From Candidatus Bathyarchaeia archaeon (GTDB lineage: Archaea; Thermoproteota; CALKCG01; B24), in NCBI GenBank assembly GCA_038870975.1, contig JAVZJD010000002.1, positions 160,001-224,000 on the forward strand: a stretch of 64,000 nt of DNA, given 5' to 3'. A program made the position numbers and the translations under genes. This document shows positions 1-9,957 of this stretch, in pieces (position 1 is the first letter of the stretch; every line of letters begins with the position of its first letter). The notes below the pieces were generated by a model. The model did no database searches, was not told where the DNA came from, and worked only from the letters and a program-made list of their open reading frames with translations.

Positions 1-1
1 A

Positions 2-2815
2 GACAGCATCCTATGTGAATGTAGCCTCATAGGTTTAGGGCCCAGAAAACCTCTACCTGTTGGAACGATGGTTTACAAAGTTTCAGAGGAAAATCTTAGA
101 AAAAGCCTGGGTTTAACAACAGATGAGAAGAAGGGTATATACATAGGGCGTTTGATAGGCTACGGTTGTAAAGTCTTTCTACCGATTAAAGGCATGGGTA
201 GGATATTCATAGTCGGCAAGCCCGGCTCAGGAAAAAGCTACACTGTCGGTGTCATAGTTGAGGAGTTTCTTAAAAAGGGTATTCCAGTCGTTATAATAGA
301 CCCGCATGGTGAATACTCTAGTCTGAAGATTCCAAACCCTTCATCAAATCAAGAAGTCGAGTCCAAATCATATGTAAACCAAGTTTTAGAATTTGGAGAT
401 CCTCAGATAAATCCAGGTGTTGATGTTGGATTAGAGTCTCTAAGGGTTGCTGAACCTGAAGACCTAGTCGTACCTGGTCAGTGCACCATTATAAACCTAA
501 GAGGAATAGTCGAAGAAGAACAGGTTGCATTAGTAAGCGAAGTTTTAGATAAGCTTTTTCAAGCATCCATAACTAGAAGGATTAAACCCTTCTATTGCTT
601 TATGGATGAAGCCCACAGGTTTGCGGGTAAAGAGAAGAGGTCCACGACAGAGTTTGTTAAGAGGTTTGCACAAGAAGGACGGAAATTTGGGGCAAACTTA
701 GTAGTTGTAACTCAGAGACCCCAGCTCCTAGATACTACTGTTAGAGGCCTTGTCGGTACTTGGATAATACACAGAGTGACAGATCCGAATGATATTAAAA
801 TAGTTTTAGAGAGTGGAGGGCTGGGGAAGAAATGGGAGGATATAATACAATGGCTTGATAAAGGTGAGGCCGTGGTCACTGGAGAAGTTGTTGAAAAAGT
901 TCCAATACTTGTCAAAATAAGGGCTAGGGAAACCATGCATGGTGCCCCTGGCTTCAACCCACTTGATTTTGCTGAGCCAGAGTTGAAAGATAAGATTTCA
1001 CAGCGTATTAGAGATACTAAGCGTAGGCTTGTAAGTAGGCAGAGGGATGAGCAGTACTGGGATACTCCTCCAGATATAACTCCAGACCTACCTCAAGGGT
1101 TTCTACCGATGAAAATAGATGTAAAGATGATCGTGGATAGACTTTCGAGTAAATGTCCATATCTATCTCTTGAACTCAACGATTACAGGCTCGAATTTAA
1201 GCCTGCACTTCAATATGAACTTCGAGCTCAAGTTAGTAGACGTGAGCCTAATGTAAATTTCCAGTCTGAGTTAGTCGGTTTTACGCCCTTGGCCGAGGGC
1301 TTCAATTTAGCACGTACAGATGCATATGGAGTGTCTTTCGACGAACTATCCTCCACTGTACTCTTAACCGAGCCTCCGTCTAAAGGTCGTTATGTTCAAC
1401 CTGGTGTGGATTTATCTGAACGCGGATTTAAGAGGCTTCTCAGGGGTTTAAAGGTAAATACCTCTATGAGGCTTGCTCAAGTAGTCTACTATCACCCTGG
1501 CTTAGGCTACGCCTCTCAAACTTCAGATAAAAAGGCGTTCATCGAAGAGTGCCGTCGAGAGGCTAAGCGTCTAGTAGAGGAGAAGATTAAGCAGGAATTT
1601 GACAGTCTTCAGAAGGTTCTGGAGAACGTAAGAGAAGAGTATAAGCGTAAGAAAGAGATGCTGATGAAATATGTAGATGAATTGGAAGAACTCACAAAGA
1701 GCGTTAAACGACTTAAAAACGAACTTAGCGATGCCAGAAGGTCGAGTAGGCCGAATCGGAAAATTAGAATTATGGTTGAGACGAGGGAAGAGAAAATTGA
1801 AAAACTTCAGAAGAGAGTTGCCACATTGGAGGAGGAGCTTAAAGAGCTTAAAAAATATGAAGACGCTTTACTTCAAGATTGGAGCATTAAAATGAACTCA
1901 ATAAAGGAGAAGTATTTGAATCTCGAAAAAACGGCTGTAAGAAGCTATGTCATACAGCCCACTTCTAAAGAGCTTGAAGTAGCCCTCCTTCAGCTTGTAT
2001 GGGTTCCTACATTTAAGGCAATTTTTACAGTTTCCTCCGGTGACGTTAAGACAACTATGGTCTTATCTTGGAACGCTATCAACGGTAAAGGGTTTTATGG
2101 AGAATGCGTAGAATGCGGAAAAACCGCAGAGACGGCTGATGAGTTTCTACTGTGCGGAGTCTGTCTTAAACCGATATGTGACGAACATAAACACATATGC
2201 GAGAAATGTGGGAAACCTATATGTTCAGTTCACTCTTGGAAGTGTAGTGTTTGCAATAGAATACTATGCGATAGTGAGGGGAGATATACATGTGGTTTCT
2301 GTTCAAAGCCCGTCTGCGGAGAGTGCTCTAGAAAATGTGCAGAATGTGAAGCCTCTATTACGTATTGTCCAGTTGACATCGTTGAATGTCCTCATTGCAG
2401 TTTAAATCTGTGTAAAGAGCATTTTAAGGAACATTTAACATGGTGTGACGTATGCGGTGAAGAGCTATGTATTAAATCTTCCTCCCTTTGCTCAGTGTGT
2501 GGTAAAACTCTCTGTACTTCATGTATAGTGAAGTGTTCTAAATGTGGTAAGCCAGTTTGTCCAGACCATGCATGGACCTGCAATGTCTGTGGAAGAAACT
2601 TCTGCTCAAATGAAGAAAAGCATATTTGTGAAATCTGCGGTAAACCACTATGCGCTGATGATTTTGTTAAGTGTCAATCTTGCGGAGCCTCCGTGGGGCG
2701 TACTCGTATAATTAAATGTCCAAGTTGCGGTAGAGAAGTGTGTGAAAACTGTCTCGTCGTTAAAAGGAAGGGTTTATTTAGAAACATCGGTTGCAAATTA
2801 TGTCTTGGTGATTAG
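2..2815 (+). CDS. HerA/FtsK-family ATPase fused to a coiled coil and a C-terminal Cys/His zinc-finger repeat array (5'-partial)
   Basis: Walker A GKPGSGKS, IIDPHGEY, Walker B FMDEAHRF, TQRP motif; frame is open from position 2 (DSILCECSLIGLGPRKPLPVGTMVY), so the gene starts left of the window; many CxxC motifs at the C-terminus. Confidence 0.85.
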   Translation, partial: DSILCECSLIGLGPRKPLPVGTMVYKVSEENLRKSLGLTTDEKKGIYIGRLIGYGCKVFLPIKGMGRIFIVGKPGSGKSYTVGVIVEEFLKKGIPVVIIDPHGEYSSLKIPNPSSNQEVESKSYVNQVLEFGDPQINPGVDVGLESLRVAEPEDLVVPGQCTIINLRGIVEEEQVALVSEVLDKLFQASITRRIKPFYCFMDEAHRFAGKEKRSTTEFVKRFAQEGRKFGANLVVVTQRPQLLDTTVRGLVGTWIIHRVTDPNDIKIVLESGGLGKKWEDIIQWLDKGEAVVTGEVVEKVPILVKIRARETMHGAPGFNPLDFAEPELKDKISQRIRDTKRRLVSRQRDEQYWDTPPDITPDLPQGFLPMKIDVKMIVDRLSSKCPYLSLELNDYRLEFKPALQYELRAQVSRREPNVNFQSELVGFTPLAEGFNLARTDAYGVSFDELSSTVLLTEPPSKGRYVQPGVDLSERGFKRLLRGLKVNTSMRLAQVVYYHPGLGYASQTSDKKAFIEECRREAKRLVEEKIKQEFDSLQKVLENVREEYKRKKEMLMKYVDELEELTKSVKRLKNELSDARRSSRPNRKIRIMVETREEKIEKLQKRVATLEEELKELKKYEDALLQDWSIKMNSIKEKYLNLEKTAVRSYVIQPTSKELEVALLQLVWVPTFKAIFTVSSGDVKTTMVLSWNAINGKGFYGECVECGKTAETADEFLLCGVCLKPICDEHKHICEKCGKPICSVHSWKCSVCNRILCDSEGRYTCGFCSKPVCGECSRKCAECEASITYCPVDIVECPHCSLNLCKEHFKEHLTWCDVCGEELCIKSSSLCSVCGKTLCTSCIVKCSKCGKPVCPDHAWTCNVCGRNFCSNEEKHICEICGKPLCADDFVKCQSCGASVGRTRIIKCPSCGREVCENCLVVKRKGLFRNIGCKLCLGD

Positions 2816-2820
2816 ACTTT

Positions 2821-3597
2821 TTGGAAGTTGTAAAAGAAGGAGACTATGTTCTTCTTTATTTAGATAGTAGGAGAGGCTTCCTAGTTGAAGTTGCGGATAG
2901 AGTTTTCCATACGCATAGAGGTTATTTAAAGCTTAAAGAGCTTGTAGGTCAACCTTACGGGTCACGTGTAAGAAGTAGTATGGGTGCTGAGTTTGTAGTA
3001 TTAAAACCTACCCTGAGGGATTTCATCCTGAAAAAATTTAGAAGACCAACTCAAATAGTCTATCCTAAGGATGTGGGTTTAATTCTAACCTACGCTGGTA
3101 TAGGACCTGGGTTTAGAATCGCAGAGGCAGGTGTTGGCTCTGGTGCTCTAACGGCTTTCCTTGCATACTACGTTAGACCAACCGGGAGGGTTTACGGCTA
3201 TGAGATTAGGCCTGAATTCATTAAGATCGCTAAGAAAAACCTCTCATATACCGGTTTAATGGAGTACATAGAGCTTAAGCTTAAAGATGTTAGAGATGGG
3301 TTTGACGAGAGAGATTTAGACGCTGTAGTCTTAGACCTTCCAACACCTTGGGAGGTTATACCTAAAGCCTACGATGCTTTAAAAAACAGCGGCGTCCTCA
3401 TAAGCTTCAGTCCAACTATAAACCAAGTAGAAAAAACTGTTGAGGCGGCTAAGGGTTACGGCTTCGTCTCTGTAGAGGCTGTTGAATGTTTAGAGCGGCG
3501 CTTCAAAGTTAAAGCTGGTGAAACAAGGCCTGAAACAGTTATGATAGGCCATACAGGCTACTTAGTTTTCACACGTAAATCGTTAAAATCGACCTAG
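2821..3597 (+). CDS. trmI: tRNA (adenine-N1)-methyltransferase (TrmI/GCD14 family)
   Basis: TQIVYPKD, EAGVGSGALT, LDLPTPWE and RPETVMIGHTGYL motifs. Confidence 0.95.
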   Translation: MEVVKEGDYVLLYLDSRRGFLVEVADRVFHTHRGYLKLKELVGQPYGSRVRSSMGAEFVVLKPTLRDFILKKFRRPTQIVYPKDVGLILTYAGIGPGFRIAEAGVGSGALTAFLAYYVRPTGRVYGYEIRPEFIKIAKKNLSYTGLMEYIELKLKDVRDGFDERDLDAVVLDLPTPWEVIPKAYDALKNSGVLISFSPTINQVEKTVEAAKGYGFVSVEAVECLERRFKVKAGETRPETVMIGHTGYLVFTRKSLKST

Positions 3598-3612
3598 TTT
3601 TTGATAGAAAGG

Positions 3613-3640
3613 TTAATAAATAATTAAGGTTATTTATTAA
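3613..3640. promoter_or_regulatory. Perfect 11-bp inverted repeat over the promoter of the wHTH-MNT/HEPN operon (putative autoregulatory operator)
   Basis: TTAATAAATAA-N6-TTATTTATTAA, 26 bp upstream of the ATG at 3667. Confidence 0.5.
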
Positions 3641-3666
3641 TTAGCCTATTAGAGGTAGTAAACCTC

Positions 3667-4410
3667 ATGTGGATTTCAAGATGGCTTGGCGAGTGCTACT
3701 CGAAACTTTATGCAAAGTTTGGAATTGATTTATTCACTTTAAAGGAGGCTAGAGAAGTTTTACCGTTTAGTGAGAATAAGATTTCCGTTGCCTTTAGTAT
3801 GCTTCATTCTAAGAGGTTTTTATTGGTTTTTAGTCGGAAAAAGCCTAGAATGTATAGGCTTTTAGACCCCGAGAACATGGTTTTCCTAGCGTCTGGACTT
3901 GTTAAGAATTTTGACAGGATTTACCAGGAAGCATATCTAAAACTTATACTGAATTGCCTTCATGCCTCTCTAAAGCTTTTAGATTTAGAGAGTTTTGCCG
4001 TCTACGGCTCTGTAGCTAGGGGTAAGGCATCAAACACAAGCGACTTGGATATCCTTCTTATTTCAGATTCCCTCTACGGCAGTATAGCTTCTAGGATGAG
4101 GGAGATGTATAAAATTAATGAGTTGGTTCAGGATGAATTGAAATGGCTTAGAAGGCACGGCATATATGTAGGTTTAAGCTTCTATCCTTTGAGGAAGAGT
4201 GAAGCTGAGAAACTGCCGATTTTATTCTTAGATTTAACTGAGGATGCCGTGATACTCTATGATAGAAGAGGCTTCTTAGAAGGCCTACTTTTAGATTTAA
4301 AGGCTAAGCTTTTAAAGAGTGGAGCAAAGAGAGTACCCATCGATGGTAACCGTTGGTACTGGGATTTGAAGCCGGATTATAAACCTGGTGAATCCATTGA
4401 AATTGCTTAA
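3667..4410 (+). CDS. Winged-HTH + minimal nucleotidyltransferase (MNT) antitoxin
   Basis: YGSVARG-x5-SDLD motif, N-terminal HTH-like region, overlaps the HEPN gene. Confidence 0.85.
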   Translation: MWISRWLGECYSKLYAKFGIDLFTLKEAREVLPFSENKISVAFSMLHSKRFLLVFSRKKPRMYRLLDPENMVFLASGLVKNFDRIYQEAYLKLILNCLHASLKLLDLESFAVYGSVARGKASNTSDLDILLISDSLYGSIASRMREMYKINELVQDELKWLRRHGIYVGLSFYPLRKSEAEKLPILFLDLTEDAVILYDRRGFLEGLLLDLKAKLLKSGAKRVPIDGNRWYWDLKPDYKPGESIEIA

Positions 4411-4837
4411 AATTGCTAAGGCTTATCTTCGCCAGGCTAAGGCTAGATTGGAAGACGCAAAGGATGCTGTTGTGGATGGAAATTTCCCCTACGCTGTGAG
4501 ATTGAGCCAAGAATGTGTAGAACTATGTCTTAAAGCAATTTTGAAAACTGTGGGCGTAGAGTACCCTAAGGTACATGATGTTTCAGACGTTTTACTTGAG
4601 ATTAAAGATAGGTTTCCAGAGTGGTTTAAAGTCGAATTGGATTTTTTATGCTATTCGTCTAGGATCTTAACCATGAAAAGGGAGTTGTGCTTCTATGGAG
4701 GTGAAGAAGCGCTATTGTCGCCAGATGAAGTAGTAAATAGGGAGGATGCGGATGATGCTACATCTAGGGCTGAGCGTGTTTATACATTATGTGAAAAATT
4801 GATTAAAGAGGTTGAAAAGTATGAATCTTCACCATAG
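4388..4837 (+). CDS. HEPN domain protein (MNT-HEPN pair)
   Basis: QECVELCLKA, PKVHDV, RELCFY (RX4Y). Confidence 0.85.
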   Translation: MNPLKLLKIAKAYLRQAKARLEDAKDAVVDGNFPYAVRLSQECVELCLKAILKTVGVEYPKVHDVSDVLLEIKDRFPEWFKVELDFLCYSSRILTMKRELCFYGGEEALLSPDEVVNREDADDATSRAERVYTLCEKLIKEVEKYESSP

Positions 4838-4929
4838 GGATTTTTACAGTTTATAACGATAGATTTTTAAAGCCACGCTTTTTCAGGTTCTTAACCGTCG
4901 GCTGGATTTTTCCGTTAGTGTAACTACCT

Positions 4930-6219
4930 CTACTCTTGTAGTTCAGATGATTCAATGTTGCTATATTGCGTGCGTCTTTTTAAGAGTAAAGGTGCTAAGG
5001 ATGTGATTATATTGTTTACCATGATTATATTTGTTACAATTAGAGGATATATGGACGCTATTGCTATTTGACGCATTGTCAATTCATCGTAGACTATTAG
5101 ACTCAATACAGCATTAGCCAAACCAGTTCCACACATAAACGTCATAAATGTTCTATACTCATAAAGAGTGCTTCCATATATGGATATGTCAACTACGAGT
5201 TTACGTATTAAGAGGTTTACCCCGAGGATTATACAAGCATATAAGACTCCCGTAATGTCTGGTATGTAAATTAACCCTAGAAATAGAAAGAACAGGGCTC
5301 TAACTAGAAATGTCAGTTCGGACTGGAATGATCGAAACTTCTCAATGTCCTCTATTAGGTCGTGCATATATTGCAAATTTAAGCGTTCTAAGAGCGCTCC
5401 AAAAGCTAAATCTAAAAATCGGAGCCCTTCTCCAGTTGGATTTAAGTACTGTAGTAACATTCCAAGTATAGCTCCGAAGGCTAAAGCCGATAAGGCTCCG
5501 CTTCCACCTAAAAATTCTACCCCAGTATAACACATGATTAGTGCCGCTAGTGTTAGCATGTAAGTATATTCCTGTCTTCTAACGATTTCCAGTATTTTGA
5601 TCCAGATTATCCCAACGATTACTCCCAATATAATGCCAAGTATAAATTTCTCCACCAATTGTGAGAATATTATCTGAACGTCGAATGATCCAATCAGATA
5701 TATTTTTAAGAATACTGTAACTAGGATTACGTTAAGTACGTCCGTAAGAGTTGATTCTAGGGACAGAACTGCTTTAACTTCCTCTGGTACGTTAAGTTTA
5801 GATATCAATGGTATCACTACTACTGAGCTTGTTCCAGCGGTCATAGGACCCAATATTAATGCTTCAATCCAACGGAGTCCTAGTGCAAAATGTCCAAAAA
5901 GCGTTGTAAAGAATGTTGCGGAAAGCACGTATGAGAATGCTAATATAGTCGATCTTACGCTCTGCGATAGAAGTTTGTAGATATTCATGTTTAAGCCTCC
6001 TTGGAAGAGGATTAACGCTAAAGTTAAAGCCATGAAAACTGGCATTACTGGTAGCAGGTTTTCCTTTGAAAATAGCCCTAGTATTGGTCCAAATATTAAA
6101 CCGATGAGTATGAGGAATAGCGTATCTGGAAAACCCGTCTTTTTAAAGATAAGGTTAGCTAGAAAACCTACAGCTATTATCGTAACTGCTACTGTGAAAA
6201 CCGTTATTACATCGGCCAT
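4930..6219 (-). CDS. Cation:proton antiporter (CPA1/NhaP-like)
   Basis: Multi-TM protein with GFPDTLFLILIG, LFQGG, TSSVVVIP and LESTLTD. Confidence 0.85.
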   Translation of the reverse strand: MADVITVFTVAVTIIAVGFLANLIFKKTGFPDTLFLILIGLIFGPILGLFSKENLLPVMPVFMALTLALILFQGGLNMNIYKLLSQSVRSTILAFSYVLSATFFTTLFGHFALGLRWIEALILGPMTAGTSSVVVIPLISKLNVPEEVKAVLSLESTLTDVLNVILVTVFLKIYLIGSFDVQIIFSQLVEKFILGIILGVIVGIIWIKILEIVRRQEYTYMLTLAALIMCYTGVEFLGGSGALSALAFGAILGMLLQYLNPTGEGLRFLDLAFGALLERLNLQYMHDLIEDIEKFRSFQSELTFLVRALFFLFLGLIYIPDITGVLYACIILGVNLLIRKLVVDISIYGSTLYEYRTFMTFMCGTGLANAVLSLIVYDELTMRQIAIASIYPLIVTNIIMVNNIITSLAPLLLKRRTQYSNIESSELQE

Positions 6220-6308
6220 ATAATATTCCTCAAAATACTCTTAGGCAGAAATATCCTTCTAGCTAGCTATATATATTTTCCGATTACGCGCAACTCTTCC
6301 GCGCAAGT

Positions 6309-6425
6309 TTAACATTTTTCAAATACCGCCACCTTATGGAAGTGCTTTATAGCATCGTAAACCTCTTCTTCAACATCTAATCCTACGGCTGGAAGAAGGA
6401 AACTAGTATCAACAAGCACTCTAGT
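6309..6425 (-). pseudogene. Truncated PIN-domain (VapC) toxin
   Basis: RVLVDTSFLLPAVGLDVEEE then a stop after ~38 codons; directly follows the AbrB relic. Confidence 0.7.
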
Positions 6426-6671
6426 TGAAGCCGATGTACCTCTTCTGCTGTTCAACGCTTTCACGCTCTAAATCCTCAAGTGTAACCTTTACGATTTTCC
6501 TACAGTGAAGCGAAAGCCAAACAGCATCATATAGGGGCTCTATAACAATTCTACCCCCCTCAACCGTAATCTTCACCTTACACCCTCATTTATCTGAAGC
6601 TTCTCAGCAACGGCCTTCGGAATAACGAATGTACGTCTTCTACCAATCCTAGACGTAATAATCAGAGACAC
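6421..6671 (-). pseudogene. AbrB/MazE-type antitoxin, frameshifted
   Basis: Manual translation MSLIITSRIGRRRTFVIPKAVAEKLQINEG, frameshift, then KVKITVEGGRIVIEP...; absent from the ORF track. Confidence 0.75.
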
Positions 6672-6930
6672 TATAATCGTCAGATAAATAGCTTATTCAG
6701 AGTTAATAAATATTTCTGTCAATGAATTATGAAAATGAATAACTATATTTATCTGTTTAATAAGGAATTAGCTGAATTAACAATTCTCAGCCAATGTTAT
6801 CCATAAAAGCTAAAAACCTCTTAAGAAGACCAGCCGTTCATAGTTTCCAAACCACGATAGTGGAGTGGTTATAGGTCTCCGTACTGTAAGATTTAAAAGT
6901 TTCATCATCAGTAGTGTTGGTTGGTGGATT

Positions 6931-8439
6931 ATGTCTAGGGGTGCTAAGATAGCTTTTATAGGTGCTGGTAGTGCAAGGTGGACCAGTAGGATTCTGATCG
7001 ATCTATTTTTGAACGAGGATTTACGTAAGTCTGAGATATGGCTTATGGATATTGATGAGTATAGGCTTAGCATCATATCGACTCTTGCCAAGAGATACGT
7101 TGAGGAGTTGAAGCTTCCGGCGAGAATACATGCGACAAAAAATAGGGAGGAGTCGATTAAAGACGCGGATTTCGTAGTCTCGACGGCATTACCTAAGGGC
7201 TACCTATACTATGAGAGAATGAGAGATTTATCTGAGGAATGCGGTTACTATAGGGGGATAAATAGCGTAGAGTGGAATTACGTTGGAGACTACCATACTA
7301 TATGGGGCTACTACCTATTCAAGCTCCACATGGATATAGCCAGGGATATAGAGGAACTGGCTCCAGATGCATGGTTCTTCATAGTTTCAAACCCAGTTCT
7401 CGAACTAACTACGATGATTGCTAGAGAGACTAAAGTTAAGGTGGTAGGCATATGCCACGGATTCCTAGGTTATAGAGCCGCCATAGATGCTCTAGCTATG
7501 CGTCTAGCGAGGGAAAAGCTGGGTAAGGATATAACCCCATATTATGCTGCTCGTAGAGTTGAATACTACACTGAAGCCGTGAAGCTTGTAGATCCAGCTG
7601 AAGTTGAGGTGGAAATGAAGGGTTTAAACCATGTCCTATGGTTAACTGGGTTCAAGTATAAAGGCGATGACGCGTACAAGTATTTGGATGATTGGATAAG
7701 GGAGGATTCCGAGGAGTACTGGGCTGTGTGGAGAGAGCATACCACAAGCCCATGGGATCTAGACTTATGCCCAGCAGCCATAGACATGTATAAAACCTAC
7801 GGCTACCTACCCGTAGGGGACAGCGTCCGAGGTGGTACGTGGAAGTACCACTGGGATCTAAAGACTAAACAGTACTGGTATGGACCATATGGAGGGCCAG
7901 ATTCGGAGATAGGCTGTGGTATAAGAATTTTAAACGTCAGGAGAACCGTCAAGGAGATGGCTAGAATAGCCTTCGATACTTCTAAGCCAGTATCGCAGTC
8001 TATACCGTTACAGCCGAGCGGTGAGGTCATAGCAACCCTTATAGATTCCATATATACGGATAAGCCAACCGATGTCTACTTGACACCGTTTTACGGCAAG
8101 CAAATACAAACCCCCTTATATGTGAACGTGATAAATAAGGGGAGGATACCAAACCTACCGGACGATGTAGCCGTCGAAATACCTGTGAAAGTAGATGGGA
8201 AAGGTATTCACCCGATACCTAATGGTAGCATCCCGAGTAGAATCTACAAGTACTCAATGTTGCCGAGGATAACTAGGGTTGAATGGGCGCTGGAGGCCAA
8301 TTTGAAGGGTGGAAGAGACACTCTATTCCAATGGCTGATAGTCGATGTGAGAACTAAGAGCATGAAGCAGGTAGAAGATGTCATAGATGCGATACTTAGA
8401 CTTCCAGATAATGAGGAGATGGCTAAACACTTCGGCTGA
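6931..8439 (+). CDS. NAD+-dependent alpha-glycosidase, glycoside hydrolase family 4
   Basis: KIAFIGAGS, VSNPV, GICHG, GLNH; probable start ATG 6931 after GGTGG. Confidence 0.9.
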   Translation: MSRGAKIAFIGAGSARWTSRILIDLFLNEDLRKSEIWLMDIDEYRLSIISTLAKRYVEELKLPARIHATKNREESIKDADFVVSTALPKGYLYYERMRDLSEECGYYRGINSVEWNYVGDYHTIWGYYLFKLHMDIARDIEELAPDAWFFIVSNPVLELTTMIARETKVKVVGICHGFLGYRAAIDALAMRLAREKLGKDITPYYAARRVEYYTEAVKLVDPAEVEVEMKGLNHVLWLTGFKYKGDDAYKYLDDWIREDSEEYWAVWREHTTSPWDLDLCPAAIDMYKTYGYLPVGDSVRGGTWKYHWDLKTKQYWYGPYGGPDSEIGCGIRILNVRRTVKEMARIAFDTSKPVSQSIPLQPSGEVIATLIDSIYTDKPTDVYLTPFYGKQIQTPLYVNVINKGRIPNLPDDVAVEIPVKVDGKGIHPIPNGSIPSRIYKYSMLPRITRVEWALEANLKGGRDTLFQWLIVDVRTKSMKQVEDVIDAILRLPDNEEMAKHFG

Positions 8440-8497
8440 AACCTCTACTTCTCCTTCAAGATTCATCTTCGGTTTTATTGCCTGCGAAGAATCGAAA

Positions 8498-9859
8498 CTA
8501 CCTGAGCATATATTCTTCATATTGTTTAACGTATTCCACTGATCTCTTGACGTCTGCGAACAGCTTTCTAACGACTTCTATATCCTCCTTGGTTACTACG
8601 TTCCTCTTCTCGGATTTTGCTTTCTCAGCCGCTGGGGATAGAAGTTGAACGGCGTATCTAAGTGATGTTTCAACACCGATTTTTGTTAGATGGTTTAAGG
8701 CATCCTCCATGATATTCACATCTTCTTCTCTGGCTCTAATCTTTAGAATCTCCATTATCTCCTCCTCGGTGTAAAGTCTTGTATTTATGATGAGCAGTCT
8801 ATCTAAGAGGTCTAGAGGCATACCGTGTGGAGCCTGTAGATCAGTCCCTCTGACAGTAGTAATGCCTCTATTCGTAGCGAATATGACTATTGGTGCGAGT
8901 TCAGATTCTAAAACTGTACTTAGAAAGCTGAAAGCCTCTATATCAAGCATTGATACATCGTCTAGGAAGAAGACGCCCGGTATTATCTCAGCAGTACCAT
9001 CTTCAACTCTCTGCTTAACGTATTCATCAACCCTCCTACGGATCTCGGGGTCTATCTCCTTAACCTCGCCTCCACCAAAAAGCAGTGAGAAGAACCCCCC
9101 TCTGGCTTGAGCCTGCATCTGGTCTAAATCGTGAAGTGTTACGACGTAGACGAACTCCTTCTCCTTCTCAACTGGACCTGAAGGTCTAGGTACTGGTTTT
9201 TCATCATAACCGGCAATCTCATACTTCTCAGCTACTTCTTCACTTCTACCGACTCGTATAACTTTACCAGTCTCAGCGTCTATTTGTACAACATCTCCAA
9301 TTCTTATACCCTGATTAAGCATAGCTACCACTATGGAACTGCCTACGTTGAAACTTCTACTCTCACTCTTGGTGGTTAAAGTTATCCTAGCGGACTCTGG
9401 AACCTGCTGGTAGGGATTATAGGCATGCTTAGCTGTTCTAATGTCAAACTGGGTAAGTTCGCCTTCATACACCTTTCTAGTCTCGTGAAGTCTAACACCT
9501 ATAGCCTTTCTAACGGCCTGCATTAGAACCTCAGTCTTCTTTAACTCACTAGAGTATATTTCAGAACCGCTTAAAGTTATGAAAGGTACATCCCTACCCA
9601 GTTCTCTGGCAATGGCGATAGCGATGGCTGTCTTACCAGTCCCAGGGGGACCAGCCAGCAATACGGCTCTACCAGCCATCTTACCAGCCTTTATCATCCT
9701 TACAATTATACCCGCAGCCTCCCTCGCCTCAGTTTGACCAACCATACCATCCGCTGCAAGTTTAGCCTTTAAATTTTCATCGAGACCCAACCCTTTGATA
9801 TGACTATGAGCGCCCACTCTTGCAAAACCCCTAGGAGAGATAGGTGTTATAGAAGACAT
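8498..9859 (-). CDS. tip49: TIP49/RuvB-like AAA+ ATPase
   Basis: AHSHIKGLGL, GPPGTGKTA, ATNRG, PHGMPLDLLDR. Confidence 0.95.
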   Translation of the reverse strand: MSSITPISPRGFARVGAHSHIKGLGLDENLKAKLAADGMVGQTEAREAAGIIVRMIKAGKMAGRAVLLAGPPGTGKTAIAIAIARELGRDVPFITLSGSEIYSSELKKTEVLMQAVRKAIGVRLHETRKVYEGELTQFDIRTAKHAYNPYQQVPESARITLTTKSESRSFNVGSSIVVAMLNQGIRIGDVVQIDAETGKVIRVGRSEEVAEKYEIAGYDEKPVPRPSGPVEKEKEFVYVVTLHDLDQMQAQARGGFFSLLFGGGEVKEIDPEIRRRVDEYVKQRVEDGTAEIIPGVFFLDDVSMLDIEAFSFLSTVLESELAPIVIFATNRGITTVRGTDLQAPHGMPLDLLDRLLIINTRLYTEEEIMEILKIRAREEDVNIMEDALNHLTKIGVETSLRYAVQLLSPAAEKAKSEKRNVVTKEDIEVVRKLFADVKRSVEYVKQYEEYMLR

Positions 9860-9957
9860 GGTCAGGAAAAATATCCATAGAATACGGAGATATAATTTTT
9901 ACTGTAGAGTATTCGTACACTTAAGTCCATTAAAATGGTAGCAGGGAAAAATTAGAA

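Noticed and set aside
8498-9859. TIP49 as a novel eukaryotic signature protein
   Set aside because: TIP49 homologues are already well known in archaea
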